Source: a virus (lineage: Duplodnaviria > Caudoviricetes). Taken from it: a stretch of DNA of 64,000 nt. Shown in pieces: positions 1 through 8,301 of this stretch. Both the position numbers and the translations under genes were made by a program. Position 1 is the stretch's first letter. Each line of letters opens with the position of its first letter. Location: the IMG/VR virus record IMGVR_UViG_3300021426_000005. One strand, 5' to 3'. The notes under the pieces were generated by a model that saw nothing but the letters and a program-made list of their open reading frames with translations, ran no database searches and was not told the origin of the DNA.

Positions 1-896
1 ACCATTTCTTGATTAATAGCGACCTGGCAATTACCAACAAAGAAACTTCTGTCAAGTTCGCAAAGCCCTAAATAATAAAGCATATTGTAAAGTATTTCAG
101 CGGTTTCGGTAGCATATCTGCTATTCTTATTGATTTCGATATCATAAATCTCAAATGGAGTCGCATAATGATCTGTTACATTACTATCCGTTCCCAGAAG
201 CGAAATCCAGTTATAAAAATCACCAACAAAGGTATCTGTATCACCACACTCCATGTGATATGCGTATGCAATCACAATTGATGGAATCAACTTCTTGAAC
301 CGTAGAATGGAATATCGGAACTTACAGTTATACCTACGATTGTTTATGAACCTGGCATTATACCAGTCCCAAAGCAGCTTAGTCAGAATGTTTATGTGCT
401 CAGAGGGATATTTCCTTTTAGCCATTTTGCGGAGGACATCCCCATATTTCTGCATTACATCACGACAGAATGTCTTTGTATAGCCGTTGTCAGATTTAGC
501 CTTAACTGTAACAGTAGATACAGAATCCCCCGATTCTGTAGGAGTGATGACATCAGCTACAGCAACTTCATCATCTATGACTTCGGAATTACATTCAGCT
601 GGGTCAGCAGGATGTGTACCAGCAGTTTCTATTCGATCCACACGTTCGCAGAGCTGAAGAATGGCAGATTCGATGCGATCGAGCCTTTCATCATAAAGGT
701 TAGTTTCCGGTGGTGTGGCTTTGGTGGGCTGAAAACCCAAGAGTTCGCTGATCATATCAGAAATATCATTACAGAGTTGTTGCATATCACTAAACTGACG
801 TTTAGTAGTCTCATAAAAGGCAGTATTTGACTTCATACTGTCAGAAACGAAATTAGCTACCTTTCTCAGATTAGCTATAGCTGATTGTATGCGCAT
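1..896 (-). CDS. hypothetical protein, truncated by window edge (MRIQSAIANLRKVANF...)
   Basis: Manual translation: ATG at 894-896 with GGAGTG RBS, frame open to position 1; not in ORF track. Confidence 0.75.
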   Translation of the reverse strand, partial: MRIQSAIANLRKVANFVSDSMKSNTAFYETTKRQFSDMQQLCNDISDMISELLGFQPTKATPPETNLYDERLDRIESAILQLCERVDRIETAGTHPADPAECNSEVIDDEVAVADVITPTESGDSVSTVTVKAKSDNGYTKTFCRDVMQKYGDVLRKMAKRKYPSEHINILTKLLWDWYNARFINNRRYNCKFRYSILRFKKLIPSIVIAYAYHMECGDTDTFVGDFYNWISLLGTDSNVTDHYATPFEIYDIEINKNSRYATETAEILYNMLYYLGLCELDRSFFVGNCQVAINQEM

Positions 897-1256
897 AAAT
901 CATCACTCCATGTAAAATATTGAGGGCAGCCGGCCTGTGCTGCCTCGTCTGTAGATAATAACGATTGTCAACTTTCGGGTTTGTTTGGGTGGCATTCAGA
1001 CATCTGACTACACTTTACCCCCTTACTAAAATTGTCTGTTTATGAGAAAAGAAATATGGTTTAAGAAAAGGCTGTTATTTCTTTAGTTCTAATTAATTTT
1101 TCTTTTCTAATTAATCGACTAATTAATATTAATTATATATAGCGAACTTGCTTAATTCGCTACAAATTCTTTGTAGTAAAACAAGCATTTTCAATGTCAA
1201 ATTTGTAAAATAAATGGGCTTCAATTTTACTGAAACCCATGAAATTACTGAATTTG

Positions 1257-1853
1257 TCAGAGATTTTTCGCTAATTCATTTATCGCATTTTCTTTGTCGG
1301 GATACGGAAGTTCGGCAAGATATTTAATTATATCTCTGAATTTGGATGCCGGATCATTGAATAGTTTCTCACATTCTGACTTCAAAAATTCATACTCGAC
1401 CTGGTTAGGGTCTGATTCAGAAAGTATGTATTTCTGATACTCTGAGTTATAAATATCCCCGTGATGATATTTTTGGTCAGATCGGATGCCATCAGGGATC
1501 CACATTATTGTTTCCCACAGATATGGTGGAGTCAAATCCCGGTTGTAAAGACGCCGCCTACTGAATGACATCATCGTTTCGTACTCATATGTTTTCAGAA
1601 GTTTCGTCAGGTATGTCGGTCTAGATGCCTTAAATGTTCGTACTATAGATCCAATAAAGTGATCGCCATTGTTGTAATCAAGCTGCATATCCGATACTAT
1701 GTGTTTACCACTCTCAAGCTCAGATCTGTGTCCGTTTAGCCTGCGAATGATATCCTTTGACATTCCGACATAGACTTTATCATTGTTGAGATTTTGAATA
1801 ATGTAGATGCCGGATATCTGATATCTAAGACTTGGTATGATAAAGAATCCCAT
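1257..1853 (-). CDS. GIY-YIG nuclease-domain protein
   Basis: SGIYIIQNLNNDKVYVGMSKDIIRRLNGH = GIY-(x)-YVG...R motif; start chosen at M8 of track ORF (AAGGAG RBS). Confidence 0.75.
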   Translation of the reverse strand: MGFFIIPSLRYQISGIYIIQNLNNDKVYVGMSKDIIRRLNGHRSELESGKHIVSDMQLDYNNGDHFIGSIVRTFKASRPTYLTKLLKTYEYETMMSFSRRRLYNRDLTPPYLWETIMWIPDGIRSDQKYHHGDIYNSEYQKYILSESDPNQVEYEFLKSECEKLFNDPASKFRDIIKYLAELPYPDKENAINELAKNL

Positions 1854-1913
1854 ATAGAGATCAACTCCTTTCATCTTCAGTAACGATTAGTTCTTGCGAT
1901 CACAAATTAAAAT

Positions 1914-2021
1914 AAGCCCACAAATTTGAATTGTGGGCTTAAATATTTGAAATTGATTAAAGAAGATTTTAATTGAAGCTAAAAATACCCTACGGATTTT
2001 AATTTCTCCGTAGGGTATTTC
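1914..2021 (-). terminator. two tandem intrinsic-terminator hairpins
   Basis: taagcccacaa..ttgtgggctta and aaaataccctacgga..tccgtagggtatttt inverted repeats. Confidence 0.65.
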
Positions 2022-2025
2022 AATT

Positions 2026-3006
2026 TTATCTTTTCAAATACTTATTGGTATTATGTCTCTGTACTGCACTTATCGCAGCGGCTACCTTGGCTTCCTTCCT
2101 TGCCTGTTCCGCAATCTCATTCTGCTGATATAGAAGTTCATTCTGCATATAGGCATGAGCATTCTGTTCATCAAGAAGTTCATTCTGAGCATCAAGCAAA
2201 GCATTCTGTCTCTGCTGTTCTTGAATTTTGATAGCATCTAAAGCCATTTGTAGTTTGCGATCATACATTTCAATAGCGGTTTTCATATCATAATCAGTTG
2301 TATCCAAAGTTTGTTTTATGAATGATAACGCTTTTTCATTTCTATAGTCTATAGGAATCAACTTTGTTTCTGCGTACAGCTTTTCAAGTTCTTGTTCAGC
2401 TTCATACCGCTTTCCGCTCACAACATCAATTTCATTCTGCCATTTTGAAATAGAAGATAAATGGAATTGTGTCCACTTTTGCTTATCTTCATTGTATTTA
2501 GGCATGATTATGTTATTCCACTCATCTAATTGCTTCTGATATAAAGCATCATTTTCTTGTTGTTTAGCGGTGCGAGAATCTTCTAATCGTTGGCAACGTT
2601 TTTGATATTCAGGGGATTTGGCAATAGTGTCTTTAGTGGCTTGAACCCGGGCTTTGTGTTTCTTGTACTTTTTCCATGCGTACACTGGCCAACCGAACAT
2701 TATCACCAAAATAAGAATCGCTGCAAACGTGGTATCATTCCGAAAAACAAGCCACACAGTAACCCCACACACAACCATTGACGGAAATAATGAATTTCTA
2801 TTGAACTTCTTGTCATAAGTAATCTCTGGTTTAGTTATGGGTGGCTCGACAACCCTTTCTGGTTTTGCTGGAGGATTCTTATATGACTCAGATTTTAATT
2901 CTTCCATCCGTTCCGTTTTGGTTTCCAGTTCTTCATTCAGTTGTCGTAGTTTGGTCGTAAGCATCAAGGCTTTATCAACAACCTGAATTTCATCAGTATT
3001 TCTCAT
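2026..3006 (-). CDS. membrane protein, 2 TM helices and Q-rich coiled-coil C-terminus
   Basis: Two hydrophobic stretches (MVVCGVTVWLVF; FAAILILVIMFGWPVYAW); AAGGAGGT RBS before 3006. Confidence 0.6.
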   Translation of the reverse strand: MRNTDEIQVVDKALMLTTKLRQLNEELETKTERMEELKSESYKNPPAKPERVVEPPITKPEITYDKKFNRNSLFPSMVVCGVTVWLVFRNDTTFAAILILVIMFGWPVYAWKKYKKHKARVQATKDTIAKSPEYQKRCQRLEDSRTAKQQENDALYQKQLDEWNNIIMPKYNEDKQKWTQFHLSSISKWQNEIDVVSGKRYEAEQELEKLYAETKLIPIDYRNEKALSFIKQTLDTTDYDMKTAIEMYDRKLQMALDAIKIQEQQRQNALLDAQNELLDEQNAHAYMQNELLYQQNEIAEQARKEAKVAAAISAVQRHNTNKYLKR

Positions 3007-3281
3007 GATAACCTCCTTTGAAATGATCACTCTTTACAAAGCACGAAATTAAAGGTCTGACCGATTCTAATATTATTACTTTTCTTTCATCCACAACATT
3101 CTCTCCAAAAAATATTGATAACAACCAATAAACAATAAACAGTTAGTTAAGTTTTTAGTCGTTATCAACATTATATCACATATAAAAATAAATGTAAATA
3201 GGGAATTTTGTCGAAAAATACCACCTGTACTGTGTGCAAAATAACCAATCGAAACTTCGTGGCTTGCTCAATGCAACTTAC

Positions 3282-3482
3282 TTAATCATCAATATACTCC
3301 ATTATGTCACCAGGCTGGCAATTCAGGAGCTTACATAGACGATCAATAATTTCTGAATTGACTGATTCATTATGAATCAGTCGATCTACAGTATTAGCAT
3401 GAATTCCGTTCTTCCTAAGATAACTTTTATTGATGCCCTTTTCATCCATAAGAATGAATAACTTTCTAAATGAAATCGACAT
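3282..3482 (-). CDS. Cro/CI-type HTH transcriptional regulator (HTH_26/YozG-like)
   Basis: ISFRKLFILMDEKGI...IDRLCKLLNCQPGDIMEY; GGGAGG RBS before ATG 3482. Confidence 0.85.
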   Translation of the reverse strand: MSISFRKLFILMDEKGINKSYLRKNGIHANTVDRLIHNESVNSEIIDRLCKLLNCQPGDIMEYIDD

Positions 3483-3504
3483 AGAATCACCTCCCTTCAA
3501 CTCT

Positions 3505-3632
3505 ATTGTACCCGATTGCGTACAAAATGTCAATAGTTTCGATAAAATAATCTGTACGTCAAAATAGACAAATTTTGCCTTGCACTTTTGGGCGTTATGC
3601 CAATTGACAAGTTGTCTATTTTGACGTACAAT
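3505..3632. promoter_or_regulatory. divergent sigmaA promoters with 19-bp inverted-repeat operator
   Basis: Minus: TTGACA(3528-3533)-17-TACAAT(3505-3510). Plus: TTGACA(3604-3609)-17-TACAAT(3627-3632). Perfect IR tgtacgtcaaaatagacaa 3553-3571 / ttgtctattttgacgtaca 3612-3630. Confidence 0.8.
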
Positions 3633-3685
3633 ATTATTAAGATAAGTTGTCTATCACAGTAGACAGCATAAAGGAGGCAATTATA

Positions 3686-4345
3686 ATGAATGAATTCACT
3701 AAGACTTACAGACTGTTCAAAGAAGCCGTAGACTACTATCCTGCCGATATTTCAACATATGAAGGGTGGAGAGAACTTCCGGTAAAGCTCAGAGCTGCTG
3801 GGTTGTTCATACAGTTCTTCGATCAAATAACCCTAGCTTATCAAAAGAATAAGGACAGCTACCCTTTTATAGAAGAAGAAACCGCAGTTTCAACAGTTAT
3901 CCAGTACATCATTAAGAATGTACCAATGATACTCTATCAGGCTAAAAGATACACTCCTGGCTATATGTATAAGGTCACATTCAATGCTATCTACCCACTT
4001 GGTAGGATCAAGCAAGACGTAGCTGCTTATCACAATAGAAGAAGCATCTTCGGTGACTTCATCGGGGAGCGTGGGAGCTACGAACAGACCATAGAAACTG
4101 ATGCAGAAAACAACTTCACTTATGCTGATTTCAACTTTGATTACATCACTACCGAATCTCTGGAAGATGAATTCGATAGACTTGCAGATGAAGCTGAGTT
4201 CTTCAAGATTCTGGAGCAGCTTAGTGATAAGGATCTGGAAATGGTTGAAAAGCTCATCAACAAAGTAAAGTTCACCCGGAATGAAAAGAATCTAGCTAAG
4301 ATCCAGAGAATCCGGGAACTTCTGGAAGCTACTTACAAATGCTGA
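3686..4345 (+). CDS. putative phage sigma factor (ECF-like region 2), paralog 1
   Basis: EETAVSTVIQYIIKNVP...RYTPGYMYKVTFN resembles ECF region 2 (EDxVQEVFLKLWKN...FxTWLYRIAxN); AAGGAGG RBS. Confidence 0.55.
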   Translation: MNEFTKTYRLFKEAVDYYPADISTYEGWRELPVKLRAAGLFIQFFDQITLAYQKNKDSYPFIEEETAVSTVIQYIIKNVPMILYQAKRYTPGYMYKVTFNAIYPLGRIKQDVAAYHNRRSIFGDFIGERGSYEQTIETDAENNFTYADFNFDYITTESLEDEFDRLADEAEFFKILEQLSDKDLEMVEKLINKVKFTRNEKNLAKIQRIRELLEATYKC

Positions 4346-4423
4346 AATAACAAATCGTTAAAGTAAGCATAGAAACATATCAAAACACATCAACAATTTA
4401 TTTTTTTTGAAAGAGGTATTATT

Positions 4424-5263
4424 ATGAAAGAGTTTAAGGACACATTTAATCTTTTCGGAGAAGCAATAGGATTAACATTCCCTATTGACTATACTACATG
4501 GATGTCAATCCCGAACAGACTCAAAGCGGCAGCCTTATTTGTCAACTTCTATGACCAGATCACACTTGCTTGGACAAAGGCTTGCAGTGAATTCACTGAT
4601 GAGGAGGACGGAGTTTCTACCGTAATGCAGTATTTGCTGAAGAATGTTCCTATTATAATGGACAATCCCAAGAAATTCACTCCGGCATATATCTACAGAG
4701 TAGCATACAACTGCATGGGCTGTCTCAGAAGGGTTCAGAGGGAACAGGATAGATTCGCATACACTGTGTCACAGTTTACTGTTGTCAATGATGACGTACT
4801 GGATCTGTTTGATACGATCATCGGTTCAGACTGCTTTACCGCATCTGAACTTGAAAAACTTAGAATGGAAATGAGGAATATCATATTGAACATGGATAAG
4901 GATACTATTAAAGTAGTTGAGCATCTTCTGGATGGGAAGAAACTTACAAAGAAAGCGGCAGCTAAAGAGCCTGAGATCATGGCTGATCTTCGTAAGACAT
5001 TTGCGAAATACAGATCCACTCTGATTCCAGAGGATAACAGATTTGCTACATTCAAGGATGTGCTGGACTGTGAAGACATCATCGATTCAGCTACCGTAGA
5101 AATGCGTGATGGCGTCAAGGCCGTATACTGCGGCGAAAAAAGAATTTCACCTATCACCGGCAAGACCGAAGTTGTATTCTTCGGACCAGATAGAGATTAT
5201 GTACTTCCGGTAGGCATTGCTGGTGAGCTGGTAGTAACAGAAGTAGAAATGATTGGAGAGTGA
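4424..5263 (+). CDS. putative phage sigma factor (ECF-like region 2), paralog 2
   Basis: EEDGVSTVMQYLLKNVP...KFTPAYIYRVAYNCMGCLRR; clear paralog of 3686..4345 (shared AAxLFxxFxDQITLA). Confidence 0.55.
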   Translation: MKEFKDTFNLFGEAIGLTFPIDYTTWMSIPNRLKAAALFVNFYDQITLAWTKACSEFTDEEDGVSTVMQYLLKNVPIIMDNPKKFTPAYIYRVAYNCMGCLRRVQREQDRFAYTVSQFTVVNDDVLDLFDTIIGSDCFTASELEKLRMEMRNIILNMDKDTIKVVEHLLDGKKLTKKAAAKEPEIMADLRKTFAKYRSTLIPEDNRFATFKDVLDCEDIIDSATVEMRDGVKAVYCGEKRISPITGKTEVVFFGPDRDYVLPVGIAGELVVTEVEMIGE

Positions 5264-5269
5264 TAGTAG

Positions 5270-5581
5270 ATGATCGAAATTATTACTGGTGGAAGAACTG
5301 TAGGCAAAACGGAGTGTCTTCTTAGGCACTCCGCAGCCCAAAATATACCTATCCTATGTACCAATGCTGAACGTGAAGCGCATCTGCTGGAAATGGCCGA
5401 CAAATTAGGGATACAGATCCCTAAGCCCATAACTTTAGCTCTATACAGTAAGCATCATGGATTCTTTGGAAGCAGTAAGGTTTTCATGGATCAAGTTGAT
5501 AAGATCATGGAAACCATGTTCAACGCCGTTATAATCAAAGGCGTTACTATATCAGACTACCCAGCTGACAGTCAGGAGTAA
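5270..5581 (+). CDS. small P-loop-like hypothetical protein
   Basis: IITGGRTVGKT motif at N-terminus. Confidence 0.5.
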   Translation: MIEIITGGRTVGKTECLLRHSAAQNIPILCTNAEREAHLLEMADKLGIQIPKPITLALYSKHHGFFGSSKVFMDQVDKIMETMFNAVIIKGVTISDYPADSQE

Positions 5582-5585
5582 ACCT

Positions 5586-5927
5586 ATGATGAACAAAACT
5601 AAAATCAATATCCTAGGTACACCCTATCAAATTCTATTCAAGCAACCGGAAGAAGATACCATGCTGACTGATTTATACGGCTACACAGACCCCATTACTA
5701 AGGTAATCTGTATCGATGCTAAAGATTACATGAACATCATTGACAATGAACTTCACCGCAAAGAAGTTCTACGCCATGAAATTATTCATGCCTTTCTTGC
5801 GGAAAGCGGTCTGGACAACAATGCACATAAGTCTGATCATTGGGCTATTGATGAAGAAATAGTTGACTGGCTTGCTATTCAAGGACCTAAAATCTACAAA
5901 GTATGGACGGAACTAAATATTCTATAA
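5586..5927 (+). CDS. HExxH zinc metallopeptidase-like phage protein
   Basis: VLRHEIIHAFL...DEE. Confidence 0.65.
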   Translation: MMNKTKINILGTPYQILFKQPEEDTMLTDLYGYTDPITKVICIDAKDYMNIIDNELHRKEVLRHEIIHAFLAESGLDNNAHKSDHWAIDEEIVDWLAIQGPKIYKVWTELNIL

Positions 5928-6022
5928 CAAAAGCTCCCACAAATTGTGGGAGCTAACCTTTTATATAAGTAGTTTTCATTTTTAGAGAATCGTTATAGTA
6001 TTTGTAGATTATACGCACCGGG

Positions 6023-6763
6023 GTGAATATCATGGGAAAATACAGCGCCGAATACATAAAGACAAAAACCAATGAATTGTACGATTCATTACCTATGGAT
6101 TATGATAGTAGGATAAAGTGTTTCGATGTTAGGGATGAAATTCTTGATCTCAACTACACATTCTTTGGATATGTGGCATCTTCGACTTTTGTTGAAGGCG
6201 TGGAGTATGAAGATAAATTCCAGACAGCTATCATGTCATTTCTTGGTATGTGGTGGAAATACAAGTGGACACCTAAATATCGTGCTGACTTATCCTTTGC
6301 CGTATTCTTCAAGCCACGAATATCAGAAGAGATCAAACGATATCTTTCTGTAGTGAGCTATACTCAGCGAAGAACTGCTTGTTCTAAGGCAGCGAAGCAA
6401 CTTGGGAAACATTGGACGAAAATCACATACGAAGATCTTTCTAAGGTAGTATTACCAGCAGATGACATGATCGCTCTTAAAGCTGTTCTTGGGGCTAATA
6501 TTCCGGCTGACATATCTGAGCTGGATACCTTCCTTGAATCAAAAGAACCAGTTCAGGGAATTGAAAAGTACCAAACCACAAAGTATGATTCAATTGAGGA
6601 ACTTTTGATTCAAGAAATGATAGAAAGAGAATCGAAGTTGTCCGATAAGGATTTGAAGGATATAGCTGATATGTATTGTTTACCTCAAGACACGGTTACT
6701 TCAGCTTATCCTAAATCCTTGGACATTCTATATAAAAGGTTATCTGATAATCTTGATATATGA
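6023..6763 (+). CDS. putative phage sigma70-family factor (group 3-like region 2)
   Basis: VEYEDKFQTAIMSFLGMWWKY...LSFAVFFKPRISEEIKRYL parallels YEDLxQxGxxGLxxAxxKF...FSTYAxPRIxGEIxRYL. Confidence 0.65.
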   Translation: MNIMGKYSAEYIKTKTNELYDSLPMDYDSRIKCFDVRDEILDLNYTFFGYVASSTFVEGVEYEDKFQTAIMSFLGMWWKYKWTPKYRADLSFAVFFKPRISEEIKRYLSVVSYTQRRTACSKAAKQLGKHWTKITYEDLSKVVLPADDMIALKAVLGANIPADISELDTFLESKEPVQGIEKYQTTKYDSIEELLIQEMIERESKLSDKDLKDIADMYCLPQDTVTSAYPKSLDILYKRLSDNLDI

Positions 6764-6764
6764 A

Positions 6765-6793
6765 AATATCCCCAGTTTATTCTGGGGATATTT
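6765..6793. terminator. bidirectional terminator between convergent genes
   Basis: aatatccccag..ctggggatatt inverted repeat at convergent stops. Confidence 0.65.
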
Positions 6794-7274
6794 CTATTTC
6801 AGCAAATTTGCTATCAGGGAACTTTAGGGCATCCTTCTCAATTTTATCTTCTGAGTACCCAGCATCTATCAGGTCATCATAGTATAATTCATAATCAGGT
6901 TCAAACACTTCATGCTCCGTAATATACCGATGTATGATATAGTCAGTACCTTCAACTATATATTTTGACAGCTCTTCGACGCTGTATTTATCAGCCGCAT
7001 ATTCTGGGCTGATTGATTTACCGTGAACCCAAATAGGTTTATTGTCAGTAACACATACATATATTTCATCATCATCTGTAAAGCTACCAAATAGATTATT
7101 TTCAAAATCAATTGCTTCAAAACCTAGTTCTTTGAATAAGATCCAGAGCCAGCAATTTTCAGATGATTTTGAAAAATATTTGATAATATCCTTTAGATCT
7201 AGACGATAAAACATTGTTCCCTTGGTCATAGCTTGGGTTGTAGTACCGTAAATTTTTCGTATCAATCTCTTCAT
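6777..7274 (-). CDS. acidic hypothetical protein with basic leader (MKRLIRKIYG)
   Basis: ORF track; leader resembles shared motif. Confidence 0.6.
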   Translation of the reverse strand: MKRLIRKIYGTTTQAMTKGTMFYRLDLKDIIKYFSKSSENCWLWILFKELGFEAIDFENNLFGSFTDDDEIYVCVTDNKPIWVHGKSISPEYAADKYSVEELSKYIVEGTDYIIHRYITEHEVFEPDYELYYDDLIDAGYSEDKIEKDALKFPDSKFAEIEISPE

Positions 7275-7885
7275 GGCTGACCTCCGTAACTGTTGATAGC
7301 ATTAGGAAGAACTCCTCGCTTATTTCCGGTCAGCTTGGAATAGTTAAAATTATTACGAATATATACCCAGAAGAAGTGTCCTTTTGACGGAGCTGACTGC
7401 CACTTTCTATACAAAGCTGATGGGAAATCATAATAGATGTATACATCTCCCGGACCACCATTCTTGTTTTTGAACTGAACGATTAAGTCACCGGTCTTAT
7501 CTTTTCTATCACGAATATTAAGTCCATAAGCCCAAACATTTGAGGACTTAACTCTAACCAGATTTTGCGCAAGGTTCTTGGTATTGATAGCGGCTGTGAT
7601 GCTGGATCTACAAGATGAATCGATCATCATCTGATTATAAAAAATATCACCGCAGGCAGCTTCGACTACCTTGATAATATCCTCAGAAGTTTCAGCAATA
7701 TATTGCTTTTTAGGACTATAATTGCTGTACACATCAATTTTAGTACCAGATCTATCATAAGTACACCAGATATTTGTTAGTCCACTGTCTGTGCTGACAG
7801 TACACATATACCTTTTCTTATGGGTATTATTAGGCTGAGATAGCCCCAAGAAATCCATTACTTCAGCAAATTCTCTGTAAAGCAT
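7271..7885 (-). CDS. KTSC-domain protein
   Basis: C-terminal VKSSNVWAYG...LIVQFKN...YIYYDFPSALYRKWQSAPSKGHFFWVYIR matches KTSC pattern; preceded by internal RSSITAA motif. Confidence 0.65.
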   Translation of the reverse strand: MLYREFAEVMDFLGLSQPNNTHKKRYMCTVSTDSGLTNIWCTYDRSGTKIDVYSNYSPKKQYIAETSEDIIKVVEAACGDIFYNQMMIDSSCRSSITAAINTKNLAQNLVRVKSSNVWAYGLNIRDRKDKTGDLIVQFKNKNGGPGDVYIYYDFPSALYRKWQSAPSKGHFFWVYIRNNFNYSKLTGNKRGVLPNAINSYGGQP

Positions 7886-7899
7886 CTACTTCACCACCA

Positions 7900-8301
7900 T
7901 CAAAATAGAATGATATAGTTCTTATATGCTTTTCGGATTCTATTGCCAACTTTCCATTTTATCGTACTCATAGCAAGCTCCATATCCAGCATATCCTCGA
8001 CTTTGAACAGATCAAAGCCGAGGGTTTTTTCTTCTGGGGTCATTTCGATAGTATCTACACGAATTTTATTCTGGTAAGTTGTAATGCTTATATTGATAGT
8101 CATTTCCTGAACATCATTCGGTATTCCGCCATATTCTTCTTTCAGTTCATACAGCAAAGTGACGTAAACATCAAAAGTGTTTCTATCTTTTGTAAACTTG
8201 TATGCACCATCCAGATTTTTGTACAGATACTTCCCGACCATGTTGACTACGGTGCTTGCTGGTGGGATATTAGTAGTTTTGCAGTATATCTTCATCAGCA
8301 A
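7900..8301 (-). CDS. hypothetical protein (MKIYCK leader)
   Basis: ORF track; in virion operon. Confidence 0.6.
   Translation of the reverse strand: MLMKIYCKTTNIPPASTVVNMVGKYLYKNLDGAYKFTKDRNTFDVYVTLLYELKEEYGGIPNDVQEMTINISITTYQNKIRVDTIEMTPEEKTLGFDLFKVEDMLDMELAMSTIKWKVGNRIRKAYKNYIILF

Noticed and set aside
295-830. Plus-strand ORFs 295..483 and 396..830
   Set aside because: Shadows of the longer minus-strand ORF 1..896, which has an RBS and an upstream promoter motif.
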